Source: a bacterium (GTDB lineage: Bacteria; Patescibacteriota; Patescibacteriia; JBAXGH01). Taken from it: a stretch of DNA of 55,089 bases. Shown in pieces: positions 1 to 9,697 of the stretch. Each line of letters opens with the position of its first letter. Position 1 is the stretch's first letter. The notes under the pieces were generated by a model. That model did not search any database. It was not told where the DNA came from and saw only the letters and a list, made by a program, of their open reading frames with translations. Location of the stretch: contig JBAXGH010000006.1 in NCBI GenBank assembly GCA_037139515.1, forward strand, positions 1 to 55,089, written 5' to 3'. The translations under genes were made by a program, and so were the position numbers.

Positions 1-81
1 ATCGTCTGCGATGTCAGAAATGCGATCGCTGATGGTGGGGTGGCTTTTATCCCGGAATACCGACGGTGGCGACAAGTCTGA

Positions 82-1011
82 CTACTGGCCCTTACGATCA
101 AGAATCGCATATCCATCCATGATCGCATCACAGAGGAAATCTTCTAGCTGACTCGAATCGTTTTTTACCTGAGCTTTATTGAGGTAGGTGTAATACAAGC
201 GCTTTCGCTGCTCTCGAATTATGGCTGGCGCAGAATTCGCCTGAAGCAACATCGCGCTCATGATCAAGCGACCTACGCGACCATTACCGTCGGAAAACGG
301 ATGGATTTGTTCAAAGCGGCTATGAACCTCCGCCGAAAGCGCAATAATGTCGTTTGATTTTTTCGCTGCTCGAGCCATGACTTCGGGCATCAACTTCGGC
401 ACGCTTAAATAATTCGCCATTGGTAAGTTAACGCCGACGATTCTAACGGCGTGATCACGATACGAACCAGCATCGGGCCGGATTCCGTTCATAAGGATTC
501 CGTGCAACTTAAGCGCTAGATCTTCGTCTAATTTACCTTTCTTAGCAACATAGTCAAACAAGAAATTTAGTGCGGTCTGATGATTTTTAGCCTCCATCTG
601 CTCGGATAAACTTTTATTCGGCAGGGCTGCGTTATCGAAAAGAATGGCCGCTGTATCCGGTTCGGTGAGCGTGCTGCCCTCGATGCTATTGCTGTGATAA
701 GTGAGTTTTAGAATGAACTCGTCGCGGATATCCGGATTTTCAAGAATTTCCTTAATCACGCTCTTATGCGCTTTTGATTTCAGTGCCAGTGCCTGTTTTT
801 TGGCGGTGAGTTGATCGGCCGGAATGATCTTCTGACCGGTAACTTCTAGGAATAGTTCATCAATCTTAGTCTGAACCTTCGCGCGCGGCACCGCCTTCTC
901 ATTCCACCAATTATTGAAAGCAACAAAAGACACGCCAAGCCGATCGGCCAGCTTCGTCTGGGTTAAACCCAACATTTTTTGAATAACCTCAAGCTTTTGT
1001 CGAAGAGTCAT
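82..1011 (-). CDS. Fic-domain protein with N-terminal XRE HTH
   Basis: Fic motif HPFSDGNGRVGR, inhibitory-type SNSIEG segment, N-terminal HTH (LTQTKLADRLGVS). Confidence 0.92.
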   Translation of the reverse strand: MTLRQKLEVIQKMLGLTQTKLADRLGVSFVAFNNWWNEKAVPRAKVQTKIDELFLEVTGQKIIPADQLTAKKQALALKSKAHKSVIKEILENPDIRDEFILKLTYHSNSIEGSTLTEPDTAAILFDNAALPNKSLSEQMEAKNHQTALNFLFDYVAKKGKLDEDLALKLHGILMNGIRPDAGSYRDHAVRIVGVNLPMANYLSVPKLMPEVMARAAKKSNDIIALSAEVHSRFEQIHPFSDGNGRVGRLIMSAMLLQANSAPAIIREQRKRLYYTYLNKAQVKNDSSQLEDFLCDAIMDGYAILDRKGQ

Positions 1012-1126
1012 AAAATGGGTTGTTATCGAAGTTTTGACGATAAATCGATTCTATCAAACTTTATAAAGTTCGTCAATAACGTCATTCATTATAAAGTTAG
1101 ATAATATCGACGCCTCCGGTACCGCC

Positions 1127-1158
1127 AAAAACAAAATTCGACCCCTTGCGAGGTCGAA
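1127..1158 (-). terminator. Intrinsic terminator, probably the native tRNA-His terminator displaced by integration
   Basis: Minus strand TTCGACCTC-GCAA-GGGGTCGAA followed by TTTTGTTTTT, just downstream of the displaced tRNA 3' end. Confidence 0.7.
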
Positions 1159-1164
1159 CGTTGT

Positions 1165-1173
1165 TGGGGTGCC
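1165..1173 (-). repeat. Left attachment site: displaced tRNA-His 3' end (GGCACCCCA)
   Basis: GGGTGCC at 1167-1173 is repeated at 14922-14928 in the tRNA acceptor stem; the minus strand reads GGCAC-C-CCA. Confidence 0.75.
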
Positions 1174-1809
1174 GTCGTGGAGGACGTTAGAACCGTCTTT
1201 GAACGGATGGACGACACCACAATCTATATTCCTGTCTATCAACCAAGTATTCTGATTGATGAGGTTGTTTGATTACTACCAATGGAAATACCCTACCCTG
1301 TTGTTCACTATTGATTGTGGATAGTATAAATAGTCTTGACCCAAAATAGGTTATATAATAAAGACTAGTACAAACAGAAAAGCCGCAGAAAGATCTGCGG
1401 CTCACTAGCGGAGAGCTAGCTCGGTGAGGCACCCGTTTGAGCGGGTGTTTCTGTTTGTCCTTCTTCCTGCTGGCAAAAAGGACATTTCCCGACTAGGCGA
1501 TGTGCCATAGTCGATTTGTTATGCGCCGACCCTAAAAGGGACGGTCGTGCCTCAGCAACCTTCGGGCATAACAAAACCACCGAGCGCAGTCGCCCTGCTG
1601 ATTACCGTGTTGCCACGGCTTGCAGTAGGTGTTAGCGCACCCCGCAAACCCAAATTGGGTTGGCAGAGCGAACCACGCTCGATGGTCGTCAATGTGATGT
1701 CTGACGAACCTGCGCACCGCCGCTAAGCGGGTAAAATTTTTGAAGTGCGAATACATTATAACTCTTTCAAAAGCAAAAATACAGAGAGCGTCAAGGGATC
1801 GCGCTCGTA

Positions 1810-4266
1810 TTATTTCACGAACGCAGAATAGACGCGTTTTCTGAGCGAATGGATGAAGCCAAAGAGGCCGCCTGGGTATTTCTCTTGTATTTCGTCCTTC
1901 TTCGCGTTCATTCCAGGCAATACGAATGTTTGAGCCGATAGATTTTCCTCGCCATTGTTCTTGTACTTCTCCATTATCTCTCGAATCGCGCTACCAATCT
2001 CTTTACCGTGCTGATCGATGGTTGAGGCATTCTGCCGCAGGAAGCTCTTCACACGGTCTTCACGGGTCACCAGAGGGGCGTCAAACGCAATATGGGCGAT
2101 GATATCGAACGTATCAACGTCTTCGAGATTATCAATCGATCTTATTAGTGACACGTTTACCTTTTTTGCTTCAAGATCAGTAATGAGTTGCTCGCGCTTA
2201 TCTGGATCGAGCCAAATTTCCAACAGTTCCTCTGACGAATGCACGATGTGCCCGATCTTATCCTTCGAATACTTTCGGTATTCGGCACGCGATAGCTTGA
2301 TCCCATCAAACTCAATCTCAACTTCCTCGTCAATCGTAACGAGGATTCCTTTGATAGTGATCTTCTTTGGCGCTGCTCTCCATGGCTTCAAACGAAACTC
2401 ATACGGAGTTTCCTCCTCGGTGGCATTCGGCTTGAGCCGTTTGCTCAACTTCTTATAGCTCGCGTGTTCAATACTGATACTAACCTTGTCATTCGACGGC
2501 AAACCAAATAGTTTGAACGCGCCGAACTCATCCGTCTTACCAAGCTTCTCCCAACGCCCAAGCTTTGCTCTTACAACCGCACCAAAAACAGGATTCTCAT
2601 TCTTATCTTCAACCACGATGCCCATCACCAATCTATCAAACGGAGCGATTGGTTCATCTGGGGCTTCGGGCGATTCTGGCTTCTTTGTCGGGATGTCCCA
2701 CTCATCGATCAATCGCGTTGCATTTGTGAAATCAATAATCCTGAAGAACCCCTTGCCTTCAAAAAGTCGCGACCCGCGACCGATGATTTGCTTGAAGAGC
2801 ACACGTGAAGCAATAGGGCGCATGAACACGATATTCTCAACGTGCGGAATATCTACTCCTGTTGAAAGTAAATCAACCGTTGTAGCAACCACGGGTGTCA
2901 TTCTTTCTTTATCACGGAAACGAGTTAGATCGTCTTTATCTTCGGACACAATTCGCGTGGCGTAGTCCTCCCTATTAGTGAGCTGATTGAGCTTATCTTT
3001 GACCGCTTGGGCGTGCTCCATGTCCACGCAGAAAATAATGGTTTTTCCAAACGGATTGGTTCTATTCAAAATCTCAACGACTCGTTTAGATAGAAGTTCA
3101 ATTTGTTCAGGGATTGTGATGGCTCGTTCGTATTCTGAAGGTTCATAAAAATCTTTTACGGTTTCTGGTTCTATTTCGTCATCGTAAATCACCTCCTCAG
3201 CGGAAGCCAAACTTAGACCTTCGCGATAAAGATTCGTAGTGAACTTATAGATCTTGTAAGGCACAAGATAGCCATCCTCGATTGCCTGTCCAAGTGAGTA
3301 TTCAAATACTGGCTCGCCGAAATATTCGTAAACATCAATGTTATCTTCACGCTTTGGAGTTGCGGTCATGCCCAAGTGCTGGGCAGAATGAAAATGATCG
3401 AGAACAATCCCCCAATCACCGAAACGCGAACGGTGGCACTCGTCAATTATGATGAGATCAAAAAAATCTGCTGGTATCTGTTTGTAGAATTCATTCGTGA
3501 ATAGTGTCTGGTAAGTAGCAAAATATATGTTGCGGTTCTTATTGAACTCACCTCCTTCAATCTTGTATCGCGCCTCACCAAATGGCTCGAAATCCCTATC
3601 ATGAGCATCGTCACGAAGAATGACACGATCGCACAGGAAAAGTATTCGACTAATTGTTTTTGATTTCACGAGCTTCCAGACAATTTGAAAAGCAGTGAAT
3701 GTTTTTCCTGTTCCCGTTGCCATGGTAAGAAGCGACGCATGCTTTCCAGAAATAATATTTTCAATCGTGTTTTTTATTGCCGTCTCCTGATAAGCGCGTG
3801 GGCGCTTCGCTCCACTCACGTACGGCGGATACATGAGCGCATCAACTTTCTTATTACCTAAATTCTTCCATTCGATATACGCTTGAAGCATTTCTTCTGG
3901 AGAAAGGTATTTTGTCACTTCATCAGTCTTCAGTGTACGGCGATCATGGAGATACGTTGTTTTTCCATTCGATATGTAAGCAAAAGGGACATCAAGGCGC
4001 TTAGCGTATTCCTGCACTTGGCTCATGTACTTCATTGGGTTTTCGTCCTCTGCTTTTGCTTCGAGCACGGCGAGCGTAATATCTCGGTAAATCAAAACGT
4101 AATCCGCGAACTTCGCAGTTGGCAACCGCTTTGCTTCTTCTACTTCTACAAGAAAACGGTCAGCCGTGATCGGATAATTTCGAAGCAGATATTCCTCCTT
4201 CCACCCATCTTCGTGTATTTTTGGGTCTATTTTTTTTACCCTCGTGTCGTCTTCTGAGTATGGCAT
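1810..4266 (-). CDS. hsdR: Type I restriction endonuclease subunit R (EcoEI-like)
   Basis: Nuclease motif ADY...LEAK, Walker A MATGTGKT, DECHR, MTATP, QIIGRGSR. Confidence 0.93.
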   Translation of the reverse strand: MPYSEDDTRVKKIDPKIHEDGWKEEYLLRNYPITADRFLVEVEEAKRLPTAKFADYVLIYRDITLAVLEAKAEDENPMKYMSQVQEYAKRLDVPFAYISNGKTTYLHDRRTLKTDEVTKYLSPEEMLQAYIEWKNLGNKKVDALMYPPYVSGAKRPRAYQETAIKNTIENIISGKHASLLTMATGTGKTFTAFQIVWKLVKSKTISRILFLCDRVILRDDAHDRDFEPFGEARYKIEGGEFNKNRNIYFATYQTLFTNEFYKQIPADFFDLIIIDECHRSRFGDWGIVLDHFHSAQHLGMTATPKREDNIDVYEYFGEPVFEYSLGQAIEDGYLVPYKIYKFTTNLYREGLSLASAEEVIYDDEIEPETVKDFYEPSEYERAITIPEQIELLSKRVVEILNRTNPFGKTIIFCVDMEHAQAVKDKLNQLTNREDYATRIVSEDKDDLTRFRDKERMTPVVATTVDLLSTGVDIPHVENIVFMRPIASRVLFKQIIGRGSRLFEGKGFFRIIDFTNATRLIDEWDIPTKKPESPEAPDEPIAPFDRLVMGIVVEDKNENPVFGAVVRAKLGRWEKLGKTDEFGAFKLFGLPSNDKVSISIEHASYKKLSKRLKPNATEEETPYEFRLKPWRAAPKKITIKGILVTIDEEVEIEFDGIKLSRAEYRKYSKDKIGHIVHSSEELLEIWLDPDKREQLITDLEAKKVNVSLIRSIDNLEDVDTFDIIAHIAFDAPLVTREDRVKSFLRQNASTIDQHGKEIGSAIREIMEKYKNNGEENLSAQTFVLPGMNAKKDEIQEKYPGGLFGFIHSLRKRVYSAFVK

Positions 4267-4267
4267 A

Positions 4268-4810
4268 TTATTTTCTCACACTATCTGTGAGTAGTTTTTT
4301 CAATAACAGGCTAGTCTTCGCCATTATGTTTTGAGCATGCCGCTCTACCGCTTTTTCTTTTGAAGCTAAAATCATCCCCTTACGAGCAATTTCTTTCTGT
4401 TCCTCAATTGGAATGTAGGGCAAATTATAAATAGCAAAGTTTGTTTTATTGATTGCCTTTTTAGCCGCTCCCCTTGCAAGATCAGCCACAACTTTCTCGC
4501 GAATAAAATTGAAATACAGAGAGTAATACATCAAATCTACTGGGAATTTCCCATTGATCCTTGGTGTAAGAATAAAGCACAGATCGCTCGCAATAAACTT
4601 ACCTTTGATGTAATGCGTTCGCCCTAATGAGCCCCCAGCGCCCATCGCAAATACAAGAGCTTCGCAATCATGCGTATACTCGTTATGAGTTTTCCAATCC
4701 TCACTTGCTGTAACAAATGTAAACTCGCCCTCGGTATTCTTTAGGCTCTGGAGTGAGCCTTTTTCTATATCGAAGAGGTCTTTGATTTGAATTTCTTGCG
4801 CATTAGACAT
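4268..4810 (-). CDS. hsdS: Type I R-M specificity subunit, single TRD (half-size, ~180 aa)
   Basis: Lies between hsdM and hsdR; conserved IPIEEQKEIA helix; ATG at 4810 overlaps the end of hsdM. Confidence 0.8.
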   Translation of the reverse strand: MSNAQEIQIKDLFDIEKGSLQSLKNTEGEFTFVTASEDWKTHNEYTHDCEALVFAMGAGGSLGRTHYIKGKFIASDLCFILTPRINGKFPVDLMYYSLYFNFIREKVVADLARGAAKKAINKTNFAIYNLPYIPIEEQKEIARKGMILASKEKAVERHAQNIMAKTSLLLKKLLTDSVRK

Positions 4811-6254
4811 AGATATTTCGTATTTCAGAAATAACCTTCTGAAGCTGATCAATCTCGGAATCAATATCATTCAGAAGTTTTTCTTCGTCTTGCGTGCCGT
4901 AGTCAATTTCGACTCTATTTGGATTTCTAGGAGAGAGGTTGTAACCATTTTTTGCTACTTCATCCACCTTCAATATCCAAGAGTTGGCAGTGATTTTTCT
5001 TTTCACGCATTTCTCATAAATATCTTCGATGTCAGAGTCTTTGATTGTATTCACTCTGGTAAAATCTCCTGCCAATTCACCGAACCATATATCTTTGGTT
5101 GAACCATTTTTATCAAAAAATATCAGGTTTGTTTTCACTCCAGCACCCATCTGTGTAAATACACTATGTGGGAGTGAAATAATACTGTGCACATTGAACT
5201 TCTCGAGAAGCTCTCTGCGGATTCGAGCCATCGCGCCACCCCCAAACATAATCGTTCCTTCAGGCAGAACAACTCCACAGCGTCCACCATTCTTGAGACG
5301 CTTCATGATGTACTGGAGCGCTAGAGCTTCAGTAGCGCCAACTTGAATAGGAAAGTTATTCTGTACCGTCTTCGTTTCTTCGGCACCAAAAGGTGGATTC
5401 GTTAGGACTACGTCCATCTTCCCGTTTTCTGGCATGTTATGGACATCCTCCATGAAGGTATTTGTACGAGTGATATTCGGCACGAGAATATGATGCAGAA
5501 TCAAATTCATGGTTCCGATTAGAAATGGTAGTGGCTTCTTTTCCTGACCATAAAAGGTCTTCGTCTGAAGTGTCCTCCACGTATGCACGTCTTTGGGTGA
5601 TGCCTTGTAAATATGATCAAAACTTTCTACTAAAAAGCCGCCCGATCCCACGAACGGATCAAGTATCGTTTCGCCAATTTTAGGATTCACAATCCTAACC
5701 ATCAGGCGAATGACGGGACGAGGCGTATAAAACTCACCCGACCAGCCACCCTCGCTCCCCATTGCTTGCAGAATCTCTTCATAAACCTGTGAGAGAAGGT
5801 GCGTGTCTTGGAAATGATGTTTCTGAATCTTGTCGAGAACTTCAACAACATCGAGCAAATTATGCGGTGAGCGAATACGATTCCCCGATAGCTCACGAAA
5901 AATCTCTCCAATTTTATCCTTTTCTCGCGTGCCTTTCAGACTCTTGAGGTATGGAAAGAGTTTTTGATTTATGAAAAAGATGAGCTCGTCTTTGTCCTTC
6001 CAGTCTTTCTTTGCCCACGATGACCATTGGTACTCCGCATCAATGACTGGTTTGTATTTTTTCCCCTCTGCCTCTTCGAGCTCCTTGAGTTGACCCTCTA
6101 CGCCTTCAAAAACTCTCAAGAATAGAAGCCACGAGAACTGTTCGATGTAATCTTTTGCGCCAACTCCATCGTCACGACGAAGAATATCGCACACGCGTTT
6201 GATGTCTGACTTTGTGAGGCTATTTAGTTTTGGCTGATCGTCACTCTGCTTCAT
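4803..6254 (-). CDS. hsdM: Type I R-M N6-adenine methyltransferase
   Basis: GEFYTPR, motif I DPFVGSGGFL, motif IV NPPF; start moved to MKQSDD because the longer ORF overlaps the controller gene. Confidence 0.93.
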   Translation of the reverse strand: MKQSDDQPKLNSLTKSDIKRVCDILRRDDGVGAKDYIEQFSWLLFLRVFEGVEGQLKELEEAEGKKYKPVIDAEYQWSSWAKKDWKDKDELIFFINQKLFPYLKSLKGTREKDKIGEIFRELSGNRIRSPHNLLDVVEVLDKIQKHHFQDTHLLSQVYEEILQAMGSEGGWSGEFYTPRPVIRLMVRIVNPKIGETILDPFVGSGGFLVESFDHIYKASPKDVHTWRTLQTKTFYGQEKKPLPFLIGTMNLILHHILVPNITRTNTFMEDVHNMPENGKMDVVLTNPPFGAEETKTVQNNFPIQVGATEALALQYIMKRLKNGGRCGVVLPEGTIMFGGGAMARIRRELLEKFNVHSIISLPHSVFTQMGAGVKTNLIFFDKNGSTKDIWFGELAGDFTRVNTIKDSDIEDIYEKCVKRKITANSWILKVDEVAKNGYNLSPRNPNRVEIDYGTQDEEKLLNDIDSEIDQLQKVISEIRNIYV

Positions 6255-6302
6255 AGTAATAGTAATTTTTCCGAATGCACTTCGGTGCCTCGTGTCAGTG
6301 AT

Positions 6303-6376
6303 GACTATGAGTACCTTTTCGTACGCAAATATAGCACCCTTGATGTGATACTCATAGTCCGTCGCCTTATAGTCAT
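6303..6376. promoter_or_regulatory. C-box-like operators between hsdM and the controller gene
   Basis: GACTATGAGTA (6303-6313) is inverted to TACTCATAGTC (6349-6359); a further CTTATAGTC at 6366-6374; resembles GACT-N3-AGTC C-boxes. Confidence 0.6.
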
Positions 6377-6396
6377 CTCCGCAATACGCTTGTGGA

Positions 6397-6615
6397 GTGA
6401 AAAACGATGAGATTCTCAAAAAATTCGGTAAGCGAGTTAGAGAGCTTCGCTTACAAAAAGGCATCACCTCTCAAATGGCTTTAGCGTATAAAGCTCGTTT
6501 GGATCGCACCTATATCGGAGGTATCGAGCGCGGAGAGCGGAATATCGCTTTGATTAGCATTGAAAAAATCGCCAAAGCTCTCGAAGTGGATTTATCGAAT
6601 CTATTCAAATTTTAG
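6397..6615 (+). CDS. XRE HTH regulator, R-M controller (C protein)-like
   Basis: FGKRVRELR...SQMALA...LDRTYIGGIERGERNI. Confidence 0.85.
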   Translation: MKNDEILKKFGKRVRELRLQKGITSQMALAYKARLDRTYIGGIERGERNIALISIEKIAKALEVDLSNLFKF

Positions 6616-6736
6616 CCATTTCACCCCCACTATTTTTTCCGCTCGTTTTTCGTTGACTTTCTCGCTCGATTGATACAAAGTCCTACAATATTGCAGCTTT
6701 CTCGCTGAATAATCGGCGCGAACTATTACGATTACG

Positions 6737-9004
6737 ATGAGCACTCTATTCGAACGATTTTCATCGAAGGAAAATCTGAAGAGGGCTTATGAGCTTGTTC
6801 AAAATGGACTCGCTCAATCATCCCTCTCGGTAAATCCGATCAACCATCCTTCCATCACTGCCATCAATGCCCTCGGTGACCAGTTTTTTATTGCTCTGGA
6901 AAAACACATTCGTGATGGGAACTATAATCCCGAGAAAGGGTTTTTTGTTTATATTCAGAAGGACAATCTCGGGCTCCGACCCGTCTGCATCCTTTCGATG
7001 GTCGACCACATCGTTTATCAAGCGATGTTCAATCAGGGCATTCTTGGTCTCAAAATTGATGGGCAGCTGTCTGAGACTTGCTATGCGAGCCGCATCAATG
7101 ACAACGTAACAGAAGCGAACTTTTTGAATACGTATTACAAGGGATACGATGCATTCTGCAAGAAGCAAATCAGCCACTTCAAAAAGGGCTACCGATGGAA
7201 AATCGAATTTGATGTTCGACAATATTTCGAAAACATTCCCATCGAGATGCTTATTTCTACGCTCAAAAATGACTTCGGTGTTGATGATGAGCGAATACTC
7301 ACACTTCTAAAGAAACAACTCATCCAATGGGCAGAGTTTGGCGATTTAGCGAAGGGAATCCCCCAAAGCCCTGAAGTGTCCAACGTACTCGGGAACGTCT
7401 TTTTGTCTGCATTGGACGATTACGCCGATGCCAAGATCGGAAACGACGAACTGCATTATTCCCGATACATGGACGACATTGTACTGATGGGGAAAAACAA
7501 ATCCGCCGTTCTGAAAGCAACCGAAAAGATTGTCAGATTTTTGCGTGAAAGAAATCTTTCACTCAATGAGAAAACCAAGCTGGTCGAACTTGAAAATACC
7601 GATGAGATCGAAGCTTCACGTATCACTTCCGATTATGAAAATACTACCCTGGAAATTCCAGAGGATAGTTTTACGCAAATCCAAGAAAAGGTTCCTCGGA
7701 TTATCGCCGCAATTCGAAGCGGTGCGAAGGTGAGCAAGTCTGAGATTGGTGAATTGAAGTACTTCTTGAAGGCTAGCGCTGGCTTCACTCTCCCTCTTGT
7801 GTTGGAGATGATTCAGATTCTATTGCTCGTGCCATCACTTACAGCAGAAATCATCCGTTACGTGGGTGAGGGCAGGAACGTCTTGAGCATCATCGGGGAC
7901 TCGCTTGATCCACTAACCATCGATAACGCACTCTGGAAAGTGTATGTGAGCGATGAAGCCTCTGAATGGCTGAAGTTCTGGATACTCAAACTCTTGGTAT
8001 CGAATAAGGATGTACTGCTCGGCGATTTGCGTGGCGAAATCGAGCGCATCCTCGCATCAAAAGAAGGAACCATTTTCAAAGTGGTTGGATTTTATTATCA
8101 AGCGATTCAAAATGAAAAGATAAGCTTCGAACAAGTGAAGCATGCGGTGGAGGAAAGTGAAACCGATATAGAGAAATCTCTTTATTCGTTTTTTTTCTTA
8201 GATGCGCTACAGGAGACGCGCTTCTCGGTCGCACAGAACTCGATCAACGATTTACTCGATGCTACTTCGCAGGAGTTGAACCTCATCGGGTGTTACTTGT
8301 ACACCAACACCCCAAAAATGACAGGCGAAAATCCTTCAAGCGAATTCTCGTGCCGCATACTCAACAAGCCCATCCAGCCACCACTATCAATCCCTGTTGA
8401 AAAACCAATCGCTCAGGATCTGGGTGCAGTATTTATGGTGCGAGGGGAAAATCTTATCCCCGTCCCATCTCCTGCCGCTCTTCTTGGATTGAGTCGCAAA
8501 AAGAAAACAAAATCTACGATGCCGTTGGAATTTCCAGAACTCGTGCAATGGGAAAAAGTCACAATCAAAATCAAGACAGGTCTTCAGGACGTTGAAATTA
8601 TGTACGACGGCAAACATATCGCATTTACAGATTTCATAGGACTCGGATTCTACTCGGGTACGAAAGACAAGAAGCCAGACCGTCAATGGACTTTCCTCAC
8701 CACACTCTCTGCACTATGTGTGCTAGGTGACAAACAAGCGACCGTACAAAACATGATGGCAAGCGTAGCTAGGCTCACAAAACGCACCATCAGTACCAAT
8801 AACATTCATCAAATGAAAAAGAAGTTAGCGAATGGACTTCGCGCTGCCTTCAAAACCGACGAAGACCCGTTTCATGAACACAAAGAGTATTATGAGCCTA
8901 GGTTCACCCTACTCCCCGAGCCACTATTCAGACACGAGGAATTGAAACCGCTCGGAGGCTATCTCGATGAAAACATGCTTAGTGAAGCAAGCGATGACGA
9001 GTAA
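6737..9004 (+). CDS. Reverse transcriptase (Abi/UG-like) with helical middle region and putative C-terminal HTH-like domain
   Basis: RT motifs LRPVCI, FDVRQYFENI, GIPQS, YSRYMDD within the first ~290 aa, followed by ~460 aa of non-RT sequence. Confidence 0.88.
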   Translation: MSTLFERFSSKENLKRAYELVQNGLAQSSLSVNPINHPSITAINALGDQFFIALEKHIRDGNYNPEKGFFVYIQKDNLGLRPVCILSMVDHIVYQAMFNQGILGLKIDGQLSETCYASRINDNVTEANFLNTYYKGYDAFCKKQISHFKKGYRWKIEFDVRQYFENIPIEMLISTLKNDFGVDDERILTLLKKQLIQWAEFGDLAKGIPQSPEVSNVLGNVFLSALDDYADAKIGNDELHYSRYMDDIVLMGKNKSAVLKATEKIVRFLRERNLSLNEKTKLVELENTDEIEASRITSDYENTTLEIPEDSFTQIQEKVPRIIAAIRSGAKVSKSEIGELKYFLKASAGFTLPLVLEMIQILLLVPSLTAEIIRYVGEGRNVLSIIGDSLDPLTIDNALWKVYVSDEASEWLKFWILKLLVSNKDVLLGDLRGEIERILASKEGTIFKVVGFYYQAIQNEKISFEQVKHAVEESETDIEKSLYSFFFLDALQETRFSVAQNSINDLLDATSQELNLIGCYLYTNTPKMTGENPSSEFSCRILNKPIQPPLSIPVEKPIAQDLGAVFMVRGENLIPVPSPAALLGLSRKKKTKSTMPLEFPELVQWEKVTIKIKTGLQDVEIMYDGKHIAFTDFIGLGFYSGTKDKKPDRQWTFLTTLSALCVLGDKQATVQNMMASVARLTKRTISTNNIHQMKKKLANGLRAAFKTDEDPFHEHKEYYEPRFTLLPEPLFRHEELKPLGGYLDENMLSEASDDE

Positions 9005-9025
9005 TACTGCACAACACAAACCGAA

Positions 9026-9056
9026 GGCTCGCTGAAAAATCAGCGGGCTTTTTGTT
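9026..9056 (+). terminator. Intrinsic terminator after the RT gene
   Basis: AAGGCTCGCTGA-AAAA-TCAGCGGGCTT followed by a T tract. Confidence 0.7.
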
Positions 9057-9170
9057 TGGCTCACTATCTGGAACCCCAATACACACGGGCAATGAAGGCG
9101 TTTTGCTGATTTTTCAGCATATAGGTTGAGGGCACTGCGCTCTCAACTTATTCATTACTCGCCTATTTCT

Positions 9171-9458
9171 ATGTCCGATCAAGCGACCGAGTTACCCGAG
9201 GAGCCACGTTATATTCCCCTAGACGACCCCACCAAAGTTTGGAGCTCATACGACCTTGGAGTCGCAGCCGCGCTTCTCTGTGCGGGCTTTGAACTCATGA
9301 CGGTAGATAAAGAACACCAGCAGAAATCACTTTTCATCTTCAAAAAGGGTGACGGTATCGATGAAGTTGCCAATCAATATCTCGCCGATCGGCTGGATGT
9401 AAAAGCGCGAAAGTATTTCGACTGTCTCCGCGCACTCAAGAACGCGCTCTATCGCTAA
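9171..9458 (+). CDS. Small element protein, DUF5659-like
   Basis: DLGVAAALLCAGFEL...FIF...LKNALY pattern recalled from memory; ATG at 9171. Confidence 0.6.
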   Translation: MSDQATELPEEPRYIPLDDPTKVWSSYDLGVAAALLCAGFELMTVDKEHQQKSLFIFKKGDGIDEVANQYLADRLDVKARKYFDCLRALKNALYR

Positions 9459-9460
9459 GC

Positions 9461-9697
9461 GTGACTTTTATGGTTTTACAAGACGACGACATCGCGCGGT
9501 TCCAAGAGCTCTACAAGAGCAACTTTGGAACGGAAATCAGTCGAGAGGATGCCTATGAACAAGGCATCAAGCTCATGCGTTTGATGTCGCTCGTCTACCA
9601 GCCCATGACTCAAGAGCAACACAACAACATTCAAAAACATCGAGAGGAAACTCTCCCCTTACTCGTAGACCGAATTACAAATTATGAATCTCAATGA
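9461..9697 (+). CDS. Small hypothetical element protein
   Basis: Tightly coupled between the DUF5659-like gene and the primase. Confidence 0.65.
   Translation: MTFMVLQDDDIARFQELYKSNFGTEISREDAYEQGIKLMRLMSLVYQPMTQEQHNNIQKHREETLPLLVDRITNYESQ

Noticed and set aside
82-1011. fic as island cargo
   Set aside because: It lies outside the left att site and the displaced tRNA terminator
1532-1756. 74-aa minus-strand ORF
   Set aside because: Atypical composition and overlap with strong hairpins; treated as probably non-coding
6255-6467. N-terminal extension of hsdM in the ORF track
   Set aside because: It overlaps the divergent controller gene and operators; the real start is likely 6254
6616-9004. 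RT as a retron, group II intron or DGR
   Set aside because: No NAxxH/VTG motifs, too little upstream space for msr-msd, no domain V-like RNA, and no TR/VR pair differing at adenines was seen
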